A stretch of 64,000 nt of DNA from Piromyces finnis finn. Its lineage: Eukaryota; Fungi; Neocallimastigomycota. The notes under the pieces are model-generated. The model was not told the origin of the DNA, did no database searches, and worked only from the letters and a program-made list of their open reading frames with translations. The stretch covers positions 1 to 64,000 of the forward strand of contig MCFH01000093.1 in assembly GCA_002104945.1 (NCBI GenBank). The letters run 5' to 3'. Below, piece after piece: positions 1 to 14,092 of the stretch (its first letter is position 1; the number at the start of each line of letters is the position of its first letter). The translations under genes were made by a program, and so were the position numbers.

Positions 1-210
1 TTTTATTTTCTTATCTATTAATATTTTCAATTTTTACCATACCATACTGAATAATTTTTGATGCCATTTTTTTTTTTTTTTTTTATTGCTAAAAATAGTT
101 TTACTTTAAAAAACTTAAATTTTTATTTATGTAGGGTTATGAAGAATAGTTTATGTTTAAAAAAAAAGGTCAATTATTAAAATTTTTTTAAACAATAAAT
201 AAATTCCATT

Positions 211-2858
211 ATGAATTCATCATTTCTTTTAATTACTTTTATTATAATAATAGTATTGAAATGTATTTCTACCCAAAGTACTATTAATGAAGAATGTTCT
301 TTAGTCAACAGATTAATGAGTATTGACGAAGTATATAACTGTTGTAGAGAAGATAAAATTACTTGTTCTAATGATGGTCATATCACTAAACTGTAATAAA
401 TTAATCATTTTATATTATTTTCTTAAAATTAATCAAATTTTTTTTTTTATTGTATAAGGTATTACTTTTTTTTTATGAAATATTAAAAAATAGATATATA
501 TTAATAATTTTATATTTATATTAAAAAAAAAAAAAAAAAAAAAGACATGCATCTTCGGATTATATGAAATCTTCCTATTATTTTATACCACCAGAAATCG
601 ATATATTAACAAATTTAAAAGATCTGTAATGATAGAAATAATTTATTATTTTAAATAAGTTATTATCATATGTATGGCGAAAGAGTTTATTTTTAATATT
701 AATTATTTTAAATTTTTAAATAGAAATTTATTGGGAAATGGATTAATTGGTTCTATACCACCTGAACTTGGAAATTTAACAAATTTAGAATATTTGTAAT
801 AATGATCGAAATAATTTATCACTAATCTTTGTAAATAAGTTTTTAAGACGTTTATTTTTAATAATTATTTAAAATAATAGACGTTTATTTAATACTAATT
901 TAACTGGTTCTATCCCACTGGAACTTGGAAATTTGATAAATTTAGAATATCTGTAATTTTTTCTTACAATAATAAACATAAAGACGTAATTTAAAGATAT
1001 AAAGGATTAAATATATTTTATTTTATTTTTTAAAACAGTGAAATAGATTCAAATAAATTAACAGGCTCTATACCCTCTGAACTTGGAAATTTATCAGAAT
1101 TGGGATATTTGTAATTCTTAAAATATAAATAAAATTAAATAAAAATTATTTAATAAAGCTTTTATTCCAATGTTTTTATATTTAAAAATTAAAAGAGTTA
1201 TAGCTAAAAATCATTTAACAGGCTCAATTCCTTCTTCATTAGGAAATTTAACAAAATTAAAAGATTTGTAATGAATTAAAAAAATACCTACTATTTAATA
1301 ATAGTTATATAAAATAATTATTTTTATCTAATTTATTATTATTATTTTTTTTCAAAAGAGGTATATTTAATACTAATTTAACTGGTACAATTCCACCGGA
1401 ATTTGGAAACTTAATAAATCTGGAATATTTGTATTTGTTTAAATTTATATTATAGAATATTATATATATATATATACATTTTTATGACTTATTGCTTTTT
1501 TTAATTATATATATTTTTATTGTCACTTGAAATAGAAATTTATGTAATAATAAGTTAACTGGCCCTATATCACAGGAAATTGGAAAATTAGTCAACTTGA
1601 AAAAATTGTATTAAAGTTATAAAGTGAAATAATTATTTATTTATTTATTATCTTTACTTATTTTTTATTTTTTTTCATTTTTTATTTACATATCAAATAG
1701 ATATTTATTTAATAATGAATTCACTGGTTCCATACCAAAAGAAATTGGAACTATTTTAAAGCTAAAAACTTTGTAATACATTTTATAACATTTTACTTTT
1801 ATATATTTTATTATTACTATTATTTTTATATATTATATTATTTACTATCAAAAAAAAAAAAAAAAATTTTTTTTAATTATTATTTAAAATAGAGATATAT
1901 CCTTAAATAAGTTAAATGGTTTGATTTTGCCTGAACTTGGAAATTTATCAGATTTAGAATATTTGTAATTTATAAATAATTATTATATAATAATATAATA
2001 TATATATAATACTAAATACGAGGATTATTAAATAAAATGAAATATTTTTATTTTATTACTTTTTAATATGAAATTAGAGATTTATCTAATAACAATTTAA
2101 CTGGTTCTATACCCCCAGAACTTGGAAAATTAACAAAATTAAAAACCTTGTAAATTAATATTTTATTATTTTTTTAAATAGATATATATATTTATTTACT
2201 AATAATTTTATCATTTTAAATAGAATATTATCTAATAATAACTTAACTGGTTCTATACCCCCAGAGCTTGGAAAATTAACAAAATTAAAAACTTTGTAAT
2301 TAATATTTTAACTTTTTCTTAAAGAGAAAAATTAGAGAAAGAACTCTTTTTTTTCTTTTGTTTATATTCCTATACTAATTGTTAATTATTAATAATTTTA
2401 TCCTTTTTTTTATTTTAAACAGAGAATTATCAAATAATAACTTAAGTGGTTCGATTCCAAAAGAAATTAAGAAATTAAATATAAAATTGTAATTTATCTC
2501 TTTAATTTTACATATATCCTATTAAAAATTTTATTATATATCCTTTTAAAATTCCATTATTTGAAAAATATTTATAATTTTTTAAATTTTATAAATTCAA
2601 TAATAAAGAAATACTTCTAATAATCCTTTATTAGAAACAAATGAAACTAAGAGTAGTAACTATAAATTAATAATTATAATAAGTCCGATTATCCTATGTG
2701 CATTATTTATTATTTTGGAAATAATACATTTACGTATAAAAAATAATAGAAGAAATAGCAATTATAGTGAAGGTGATGATACAGTATCTTCAAAGCAATA
2801 TAAAACTAATGACAATGATATAACGTGTAGTAATATTATTATTGGATCGAATAATTGA
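211..2858 (+). CDS. Leucine-rich-repeat receptor-like protein (signal peptide, Cys-containing N-cap, about 12 plant-type LRRs, single TM helix, short cytoplasmic tail), about 432 aa, 14 exons
   Basis: Manual splicing: 211-392, 545-625, 724-795, 881-952, 1039-1110, 1196-1267, 1359-1430, 1536-1607, 1701-1772, 1893-1964, 2078-2149, 2224-2295, 2423-2488, 2609-2858. All introns are GT-AG and phase 2; total 1299 nt with an open frame. Repeats read L|xLxxNxLTGSIPxELGxLxxLxxL (e.g. DLSNNNLTGSIPPELGKLTKLKTL). N-terminus MNSSFLLITFIIIIVLKCISTQ is signal-like; last exon has LIIIISPIILCALFIILEII followed by basic RIKNNRR. Confidence 0.9.
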
Positions 2859-5800
2859 AATAATAAAGAAAAAATTTCAAATATGGTAAATAAAAAAATT
2901 TTTTTTTTATATATTTATTTTTATTTTAGGACCAGATTAGAAATTATAAAAGACAATTTTAGCCTGGTTCTATCCTCATTAAACTTATTTATATGAATTA
3001 ACTCTATTATTATTATATTATTATTATATAAATAAATCTATAATTAATCATTATAAACTAAACCTATACCCATAAATAAAATATAGAATAATTCATAATT
3101 CAATAAATAATACTCAAAAAAATAGATAAATATTAAATAATATTATAAATTAATTGATAACTATACAATCTATATATTATCTATGAACTTTTATGAAAAC
3201 CTTTATTGAATACATAGAATTTAGATATAGAATACAATACTACTATTTGTAAAATATATATATATAAAAACTTAATAAAATTAATAATTATCCCTTTCTG
3301 TCACAACTTAAAGTTCTGCTTTTGAAAAGTTAAAAATATACTTTTTTTACTTTTTTTATTAATTTATACTTTTTAATTCCACTTTAAAAAACTTAAACAT
3401 ATATCTATATATATTGATATTTTTTTAAACATTTATTTTTAATTAATGTACCGAATAACCGTTTAATTATTTATGCACATTTTTCAAACTCTTTTTTTAA
3501 TCATAACAATAAAATTTACTAATGATCCCTGAGATACTAAAGATAATATTCAAAATAAATATATATGTATATTCTTTTTTTCCATAAATTATGATAATAG
3601 AAATATTAAATATGAAAGATAGCTTTTATTAGTTTCTATTTCTATTACATCACTGTAAATTATATTCAGAAAATATATATAATGCATTCAAAAAAAAAAA
3701 AAAAAAAGATTAGCATATATTATTTAATATTTAAATTAGCTGTTACTCTCCATTATCCGCAATCATTTATAAAAAAAAATATGCAAAAGCTTAATATAGA
3801 ATATTATTTAATAAAAAATAAGCCTTAAAAAATATAAGGGCAGACATACAATATTACTTTATAATAATTAATCCGATATTTTTCTATTAAAAAATTTAAA
3901 GTTTTATTAAACCTTAAAAATATAATTTTTAGCAAAAGATGGTAGGAAATTAATAGGACTGGCTACCTTTTAGTCTTTTAGTCCTATTTAAATTAATTTT
4001 TTTATTATTTAAAATATTCAAATTTCTGTTGAAGAATTTATATATACAAATAGTTTATAGTAATACTAATAAATATTGTATATAATTGTATATATATTTA
4101 TATATTGAAATTGAAATATAATTAAAATAACTGTAAATCTGACTTAAATCTAGAAGATTAGTCATTAAAAGAATAAGAGTAAACCAGACGAGTTTCTAGT
4201 TTTAATTGTTGAATAATTGATCCAAATGAATAGGCATATTTAATAGCTTGTAAATTTAATATTTATTATTCATATTCATATTCAATACCAAACCAAATAA
4301 TTCTTTACAGAGAAATTAGGTTTGAAGGAGGAATGTCAGAATATGTGAAATATATGAAATAACAAAGCTGAAAGGATTATAAACCATATTAAGATTATAT
4401 CTAATGTTTATTTATTTTAACTTTGTATTATTCATTTTTTGTGACCTTTCTCCTTTCTTTATTTTTTTAATTAAATAAGATTCAACTTTTATTTATTCGT
4501 AATAGAATTACTCATTTTAAGGTTTCTTTTTTGAATTTGAATTTTAACAAAGGAAGATCAAGAAAAAAACATATAAAAATTAAACTATAAAAATATATTA
4601 TAATTATTTTATGATAAATATATATAGTATTATATTGGTACTTCAATGATATATTCAATAATCGCTTTCTTGCTGATAAATGAACAAAATTAATGAAAGG
4701 ATGAAATAAATGATTAAAAACAATAAAATTTATTTTTTTCTTTTACTTAAAAACCATCATTCAATATACTTTTTAATAATAATAATTAGTAAATAATTAC
4801 TTTTCTTTATTCATTTAAATAATAAAAAAAATACAACTAGTCAGAGTAATTTTTATATTTCCTGGTTAGTTTACAAGAAAAGAAAATAAATTCCTATTAA
4901 GTTGTTTGTTAAATAAACTTTTTTTATTTTAAACCTACAAAAAAAGGTTGCATTTGTTTGACTTTAATGACGATCATTTAGAATATTAAACTTTATTTAT
5001 TATAAAATAAGTTATAAATGGAGGATATTAATAAATTTGTGGGAATATTATAATAAATAAAGTTTAAATTAATTTCCATTAATATGAATTAAAGTTTACT
5101 ATTATTGCATGCTAAACTTTTTTTTTTTTTTTTTCAAAACCATTTGGTTGTAAAGAAAATCATATTATGGAGAAAGACTTTTAAAAATATTAAAGATATT
5201 AATATACTGATTAATTTTTTTTATAATTAATTATTATAATATTCATTAGAGTATAAGAAAATGTAAGAAATGAAGATGTTTATATATTTAAATCTAATAA
5301 GAATTAAAATAAAGAAATTGTATTGTTGTGATAAAAAAAAACATTCTATGTATAGTATATAAAAAATAATATATTTATTATAGTGTATTATTAAAATAGT
5401 AACATCAACTATTTTAGCTTCCTTAAAAAATAATATAAACATTTTTTTTTCTCTCAATCTAAATAAATGAAAAAAAAATAGTCTATTACAGATATAATAA
5501 AGATATTTAATTCAACATTGATTATATAAAGTTGTGAAAGATAGTAATTAAAAAATAACACTATTAAGTAATATTACTTAACAATAACTTTTAAATGTTA
5601 AAAAAAAAACTAAATCATATTAAATACTAAATAATAATATTAATATTAAATAATTTGTGCTTTTTTCTTATTTGCATATTTATAAACGTATTATTGTATA
5701 AACTTTCATATATATTTTTTTATAAATTATAAAATACTAAAAGATATTTAAATATTTATTTTTTAATTTAAACCTTTTTACCCTAAAAAAAAATAAAGTA

Positions 5801-8800
5801 TAAATGAAAGTATTAATAAAAAAATATTTATAAAATCATCAATATATAATTTTAAAACTGTATATCTTTTATTATTACTTTTTTTATAATATTGCTGTTA
5901 TCATTCTTCCCTTTTCTCTCTTTTTTTTCCTGGCAAAATAAAAGAAAAAGAATATTCCATCTATAGATATTTTCTTTTATGGGAAAATCACTAATTTTTC
6001 TCATAATTTCTATTTTTAAAAATTTTCAAAAAAATTTTTTTATTAATTAAAAAATTTTAATATTATAATTGACTAATTCAATAGGCTAAAAGAAATAGAA
6101 TATATTTAAATATAAATAATATATTAAAAAGTATATGTAAATATTAATTTAATATATATTAATTAACAATGGTAAAATAATATATAAAGTTTTCTATAAA
6201 TTAATAAATTATATTAAAACGTTTTATATCAATGTAACACAAAGATGTTGATCTATTGGGACAGTTTAATATGAATAAAAAAGTCACCTTATTATCAATT
6301 CTAAAATAATAAAATGATATTTATTCTTTCTCTAATAACAGAAGATATGAAATTTATCTATTCAAAATAAATTTGAATTAATAATGATTTATATTTTTAT
6401 ATAATATTCTATGACTATTAAATTTATCACTGATGCTTTCATGATTACAACAATATTGTGTAAATAGAAAATAGAATTTGAAATTTAATTAATTTTTTTT
6501 TTCATTTTGCTAAGATATCTGTAACCTAAAAAAAAAATAAAACAAAAAATAAACCAAGAAACTAAAAGACAAATATTATATTATATATTATAGCATATAT
6601 TATTATATTACTTATTAATATATTATATCTTGAAAAATAACAGAAATTAGAATAATTTAATAAATAAACAAACTTAAACTTTATTTATATTTTTTAATCA
6701 CAAAAAATTAATTTATAATTAATATATAATAATATATTATATAACTTATTGAAATGAAATGTTTGATATCAAATTTTAATTAGTATGGCTATTTAAATTT
6801 AATATATTTTAGATTAATTTGACTTATTTTAACATTTATTTTATATTAAATTTTATGAATATGAACTTTAATAAATAATATTTTATAAAGATTTGTAAAA
6901 AAAAAAAATCAAATTTCCTAAAAAAAAAAGGTTTTAATTAGTAAAAAAAAAGGTATTAATAAATAATGAAATTACAACCAAAAAATTTATTTTTAATTCT
7001 TTTTTACCAACTTTTTACCAATAAATAAAAAAATAATATTACTATTGAAACGCTAAGGACTTTGATTCATAAATAGTATTTATTTTAATAATAAGTATTT
7101 TGGAAAATAAAAGTATTGTATGGAAAATAATAATTATTTAATATTAATATTTTAATTTATTATATTGAAATAAAATATATAAATCTAGTGAAAGAATTTA
7201 TTATTACTATTTATTATTATTATATATTGTTATTGTTATTATTATCGATTAGTATTATAGTAATAAATCTATTATTGTGATTCTACCAACCAACATTAAA
7301 AAAGTAATCATTACTATTAATAAAAAATAATATATTTAGCATGATCAATCATAGTGTATAATAATACTAGTTTGTTTTATTTTTGTTACTATGTAGTATA
7401 CTCTTTTTTTTTTGAATTTAAAAAGAATTCATCTGAGATTGTGGTAAGATGGCAGGCCAAAGAGAACTTTGTATAACTTTAGCAAAAAAAAAAAAATAAA
7501 TATTTCTTCCATTCTATTTTCAAATAATATAAAATAAAGTTTTATTGATAAAGAATACAAATCTTATTTATTATAATTTTATAAATTACTTAATTTATAT
7601 TGTGATAGATTCATTTATTTTCGATATATTTATTTAATATAATAGAATATAAATTAATATATAGGGTTTCTCTATTTTTTAAAAAAAATTTATTATTTCT
7701 TTTTTTGTAATATAAAAATCCATTAATTTATTTTTATATTGTTTTTGAACCTCTATTTATGAGTAATATAAATTATTAGTTTAATCTATAATATATTAAA
7801 CGGTATTTTTTTTATCTTTTAATTTATTTATTTAATATATAATATATTAAATATTGTTATATTTATTAAATTATTTAATATAATTATTATATAAACTAAA
7901 AACTTAGGATATATTAAAATATATTCTAATATATATTAAACTTTTTTATTTTTTAAAATAATAATAAATAAACTTTTTTCTTTTGTATTACTAATTCTAA
8001 TATTAAATAAATATTTAATTATTGAGATTAGATTAAAAAAAAAAAAAAAAACATTTATAATTATTAATCATCTTTTTTTATTTATTATTATAATAAATAA
8101 AAGATTGCGTTATTCATTAAAAAAATTTTTTTTTATTATATTATTAGAAAAAAAAATTTTTTTTTTTTTCTTTTTATTTAAATTCTTTAAATTTTATTTT
8201 TTTTTATTTTGTTTTTGGTTAAAAGAAAGGATTACCTATTTCTTTTATTAATAGAAATAAAATATAAAAGAATAAAAGGAAGAAAGAAAGGGATGAATAA
8301 AAATATAATATGAATATAATTTAATTTTTTTTTTCACTAAACCTGGTTTTGATTTATATTAAAATATTCATTTTAATAATAAATAAAAACACCATCTTAC
8401 TATCTCAGTAATATTATAAATAATAATAAAAAAAAAATCCAATCAGTGGATTATTTATATAAATCTTGTTATAGTTTAAAGTATTTCCTCTCTATTTATC
8501 TTTTTAAAAAAAAAAAAAAAGAAAGAAAGAAAGAAAGAGAAGAAAAAGAAAATAAAGAAAAGAAGCAGGAAAAACAAATAACATTAAAAAGAAAAATTAT
8601 TTCAAAATAAAAATAATAATAAAACAAAAATAAATCCTACTATTTTTATTATCATAAAAATAATTTTATTTTTGTTTTATTGTTATATGCTTAAATATTT
8701 ATTCTATTTATTTGACGAATAGTGTTTGTTATCATCAATACTTATTCAATTAAAACAATAATTAGCAAAGAAATCAATATAGATTTAAAATAAATAAATA

Positions 8801-9482
8801 TTTAAACAAAGAGTAAATTACAAACGAAAAATTAGATTTAAAATAAAGAAAGAGAACAGCAAAATTTTGGATAAAAAATAAAGGTTTTAAAAAAAAATAA
8901 ATTATTGAAAAGAAAAGTCTTTATATTTGTAAATTGTAAAGCATATCAAATAATGTTTTATATATAATGTATTAATAAATTCTGTAAAACAAAACTAATT
9001 TTTTAACAAAAAAAAAAAAAGAAAAAGAATAACATTTGAAAATTTTTTAAAAAAACTTATACACTATATATAAAGAACAATATAAAAATTAGCAAAAAAT
9101 TTAAAATAAGAAAATAAAGAAAAGTAAAAGTATTATTACCATATTTAATAATAATAAAGAAAATAATAAAAAGGTTTAATTTTTTTAATTAAAAGTTTTT
9201 TCATTAAAAAAAAAAAACAATAGATAGAAATAATAATATTACTTTGAAAAAAATATAAAATAAATAAACCCAAATTATTTTTAAAAAAATATATAATTTA
9301 TATATTATAAATTAAATCTTTTGTATATATATACAAAATATATGTAAAAGTATAAGAGGTAAGATAAATAATTATTTTTACATATATTTATTATTAATAG
9401 AAGAATATAATTCTATTTTAAATCAAAATAATCATTAAAAGTTAAAAGAAAAAAATAGAAATATATTAATAAAAATATAATC

Positions 9483-11765
9483 ATGGGGCAAGTATTTGGT
9501 AAATCCGAACATATCGACTTTAATTCTGAAGGTTAGTATTAAAAAAGTATAATATAAAATAATAAATATTAATGAAAAAAAAAATTAATTAATATTAAAC
9601 TTTTGTAAAAGGAAAAGAAATTAATAATTTATTTTTTTATATGCGTAAATAACATAGTCGAACTTCGTCACTTTAATTTATTAAGATGTGTTGGAAAGGG
9701 TGCTTTTGGTAAAGTTCGTATTGTTGAACATCGTGATTCAAAAAAATTGTATGCATTAAAATATATCAATAAACTACAATGTATTAAAATTAGAGCAGTT
9801 CAAAATATAATAAGAGAAAGATATATTCTTGAAGAAATTGAGCATCCATTCATTGTAAATTTAAGATATGCTTTTCAAGATGATGAAAATATGTTCATGG
9901 TTATAGATCTTATGATGGGTGGTGATTTACGTTATCACTTAGATCGTTTAGGCGGTTTCAGCGAAGAAATGGTTCGTTTCTTTGCTTCTGAAATTTCATG
10001 TGCCTTAAATTATTTACATAATAAAAATATTCTTCATCGTGATCTTAAGCCAGATAATATCTTATTAGATACAAAAGGTCATTCCCACATTACAGATTTT
10101 AATATTGCTACAAAAATCGATCCAAAAAAATTACCACGTTCACAGTCAGGTACATTAGCCTATATGGCTCCTGAAGTTTTTAAAGGAAAGGGTTATTCCT
10201 ATTCTGTTGATTGGTGGGGTCTTGGTGTTATTTTATATGAATGTTTATATGGTAAACGTCCATTTAAGGGCCAAAATAATGAACAATTAACAATGAGTAT
10301 TATTTCTCCCCAAGATATTAGATTCCCAACATGTAATAGTTTAACTAAATACCCTGTCAAAGTATCTCAGGATTGTATTATGTTTTTAAAGGGATTACTT
10401 ACAAAAGATCCAAATCAACGTTTAGGTTGTCGTCCAGGTATTGAACTTGATGAACTCTGGGAACATCCTTGGCTCATTGGTATCGATTGGGATAAATTAG
10501 AACGTAAAGAATATGTTGCACCATTTATACCAGATTCTGATCGTGCTAACTTTGATGCAACCTATGATTTAGAAGAACTTCTTTTAGAAGACAATCCATT
10601 AGTTCACAAGAAGAAGAAGAAGAAGGAAAAGAATGAATCAAAACAAAAGAGTCATAGTACTTCAGTTCATTCAAAGCATGCTAATCATAAATCTAAGTTA
10701 GAAACTGAATTTGAATATATTGAAAAGCATTTTAAAATTTATGATTCCTCTATGTTTGATCGTTGTAAGGAATTAATTGAAAAAGAAAATCTTTTTAGTC
10801 AATTACCACCAGAAATTCAACAAATTGCTTCCCAAGCAGCCTATGTCAATACAAATTACAATGGTAAAGGTCCTTCTGGTATAGTTGCTGCTAAATTAAG
10901 AGAAAAGAAATTACAGGTTATACTATTCCAACAACACGTAGAGCTCCAACGACAAATGGAACAAAAGGAAATAAATGGTAATGAAAATATGAGTGACAGT
11001 AATGTAAGTAGTAATGGTAGTGCTAGTAATAAAGAAATAAATAATATGAATGATTTACAAGCCTATTACAAAAAGCACATTAAAATAAATCCAAATTTAA
11101 TTAATACAAATACCAATGCTGCCACTTTAAATTCACCTACACCATCACAATCCCCATCCACTCCACAGGGCTATACTCAAACGTTAGCTCACTCCAATTA
11201 CGCCACATCCATAAATACATCTGAATCGAAAAATCAAAGTCCAACCACAAATAAACAACCTTACACCGCATCCATTTCCCCTGTCATGAAATCACCAATT
11301 CTTAAAAAATCATCCCCTCCATTAAAATATAACAATCAAAATAACAGTGAATTAGAACTTCAAGAAATTACTATGGCATTAAAAAATATGAATCCAGATT
11401 CACCAACCAAACCAAGTAATCCTAAAATAATAAGTGTTCCAGCAAATGCAACTGGACAACCTGTAACCAAAGTCTATTACAATAAGAGTCCAAAATTAAA
11501 TAATGGTTCACCCTATAATCGCTATGCTATTCCTAGTGGTAGTAAAACACCAACTCTTGAAGTTCCAGTGTATCTTTCTAATCCAAATGAAATGGATGGT
11601 ATGCCACCACTTGTTAGTCAAGAACTTCAAGATATTAATAATCCAGGATACTATCTTGGTCGTTCCAATTCACCACCACTTGTAGATACTCCACCAAGAA
11701 CTGCAAGTGTTGGTGTTCTCCGTGAAATTATTCCAAATCCATATTTAAAAAAGAATCCACGTTAA
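9483..11765 (+). CDS. AGC-group Ser/Thr protein kinase, STK32/YANK-like, about 718 aa with a long low-complexity C-terminal tail
   Basis: Exons 9483-9531 and 9658-11765 give MGQVFGKSEHIDFNSEVELRHFNLLRCVGKGAFGKV...YALK...HRDLKPDN...DFN...GTLAYMAPE...DWWGLG and an AGC C-terminal segment (APFIPDSDRANFDATYDLEELLLEDNPL). DFN in place of DFG and the LEELLLEDNPL motif are typical of STK32/YANK kinases. MG start is a possible myristoylation site. Confidence 0.88.
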
Positions 11766-12812
11766 TCTTTTTTTTTTTTCTTTTGTACTATTCAAAAAAA
11801 AAAAAAAGAAAAGAAAAATAACATTATAAATTAAGAAATTTAAATTTTTTTTTTTTAATTTTAAAAAAAAAAATAAATTTTAAAAGAAATAGAAATTATA
11901 TTTATTCTCAATACAATTAGTAATTAATATACACTATAAAAAAAAAAAAAAAGGAAACTCAATAATATAAAACATTAACATTGGAAAAAAAAAAAAATTA
12001 TATTTTTTTTATCATTTTTACTATTATAAAAAGAAAGAAAATAATAATAAAAAATAATTATATAATAATTGAAAAAATATATATATATAATAACAATTAT
12101 TTAATATCACACACTATGTCTTAACAACAACAACCATTATATATTATTTCATTTATATTATCTAATATAATTATAAGCTAAATTTTAGTACTACAAATGA
12201 TAAAGAAAAGGAAAAAGAAAAAAACAATAATAATAATATTTATAAATATATATGAATTTAAAATAAAAAATAATAAAAATAAAAAAAAAAAAAAATAAAA
12301 AATAAAATTATACACAGTGTTTTTTTTTTTTTTGTTTGTTTTTTTTTTTTTTTGGTATTTTATGCTTTATATTTTTTTATTTATTATTTTTATTCTTTCT
12401 AAAGGTTAACCACTTTTTTTTTTCTTTAAAGTTTTTTGAAGGTAAGAAAATATATAAATAAATAAATAAACAATAATAATTTCATTAGGTATAAGATTAC
12501 ATAAATAAATTTTTTAAATTTATAGAAAATTAAAAAAAAAAAAACTATAAAAAATTGAATAAATGATAGTAAATGTATATTTTTTTAAAGTTAAAAATAT
12601 GAATTGACTTTTACATAATATATATTATTATCAACTAATTAGTTATTTCTATTATTAATTATTAATTTTTAATTATTATTATTATTATTATTATTAGTTC
12701 TCTCACCCTCTTTTTTTTTTTTTTTATTTATTTAAATGAATGAATAATATGAAAAATAAAATAAAAAAAAAAAATTTAAACTTTGAATGATGATAAGAAA
12801 AAGAAAGGGTTA

Positions 12813-14092
12813 TTAAAAGAAATAGAGTAAAATAATAAAAAATAAAGGAAGAATATATTGAAGAATAGGTTTAAAAGAAACCATAGAAAAAGCACTATCT
12901 GGAATATCCATAGGATTAAAAATTGGGAGTTCAGTATTATCAACGATATAAAATGGACGTGTGGAACCTGGAGCGATATCACCATCTTGATAACATTTAA
13001 GTTCTGGATTTCTTTGAATATCCTTTCCATCACCACTAATTCTTAATTTGTATTTTTCATTAGTTTTTATAGATTTTTTGTAATTTTGGGTATCTAAACC
13101 ATTGTTATTGTACATCACTTTCCAATCCCATTGATAAGATTTAACATTGCCTGTAAGAGTTGGACCTTCACTAATTTCATTCATAGGTATTGTTTGTTCC
13201 CATACTGGACTCTTCCATGCACTAGAATTAATTATTTTTTTTAAGAAAAAAAAAAAGTCATATATTAGCACAAATAGTTTTTTTTTTTTTTTATCTATGA
13301 TAGTCATAAAGTATTAATTATATATATATACTATCGTGTAAACCAATAAATAAAAATGAAATTCAATTCAATAAAAAAAAAAAAAAGGAAAAACTTACTT
13401 GGACCAATCATCGGAATTAGCATCTTGTTCAAAGTATAAACCAATGGTGATATTGTTTGTTGGATAGAAATAGGTTCCACTTTCAAGAATATTATTATAA
13501 TACCAATTAATGGTAAAGTTTGAGAATATAGGAACAACACTTTTATAAATAATTAATATTATAATTTATTATATATACATATATTGTTTTTTAATTATGT
13601 TTTCATGAATAGAAAGTAAATATTTAATAACTATATTATTATTTTTTTATTATTCTATCGATATCTATATAATACTTTTACATTTTATTCAAGTGAAAAA
13701 AAAAAAATAGTTTACCTTTTAGAAATTGGTTTAGCAAATGAAAAAACACCAAATTGTCTACTGGTATGACCACAAGCGTCAAGAGTAGTATTAGTATTAG
13801 AAGCATTTTCAATAGGTGTATCTAATGTTGTTGTTGTTGTTGTTGTTTTATCTTCATTAGGATTATTTTTATTATCATTTTCATCTGTATTAGTGGTTGT
13901 TGAGGTATCCATAGTATTAGAGGTATCGGTTGTTTTGACATTGTCATTGACTGTATTATCCATAGGAGTGGTAGTACCTACTTCATTTCCTCCTTCTTCT
14001 TTTGTTTCTGTTTCGACTGCCTTTGCTATTAATACAAGACAAAGGAAGAAAAATAGAATATAAAGTTTTGTATTCATTTTTACAGAATTCAA
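12813..14092 (-). CDS. Secreted, probably GPI-anchored surface protein (tandem paralog 1), about 308 aa, 3 exons
   Basis: Exons 14092-13716, 13539-13399, 13221-12813 splice in frame. Signal peptide (KLYILFFFLCLVLIAKA), Thr/Asn/Asp-rich linker, conserved domain from LDACGHTSRQFG to KCYQDGD..STRPFYIV, and hydrophobic C-terminus (SAFSMVSFKPILQYILPLFFIILLYFF). Same intron positions as paralog 2. Confidence 0.8.

Noticed and set aside
724-2295. Regularly spaced repeats as a possible CRISPR-like array
   Set aside because: Repeats are GT-AG-bounded coding exons in a eukaryotic gene; spacers are AT-rich introns.
4130-4400. Slightly GC-richer island in the 6.6-kb intergenic region
   Set aside because: No recognisable motif or open frame of useful length; possibly an unidentifiable TE relic.
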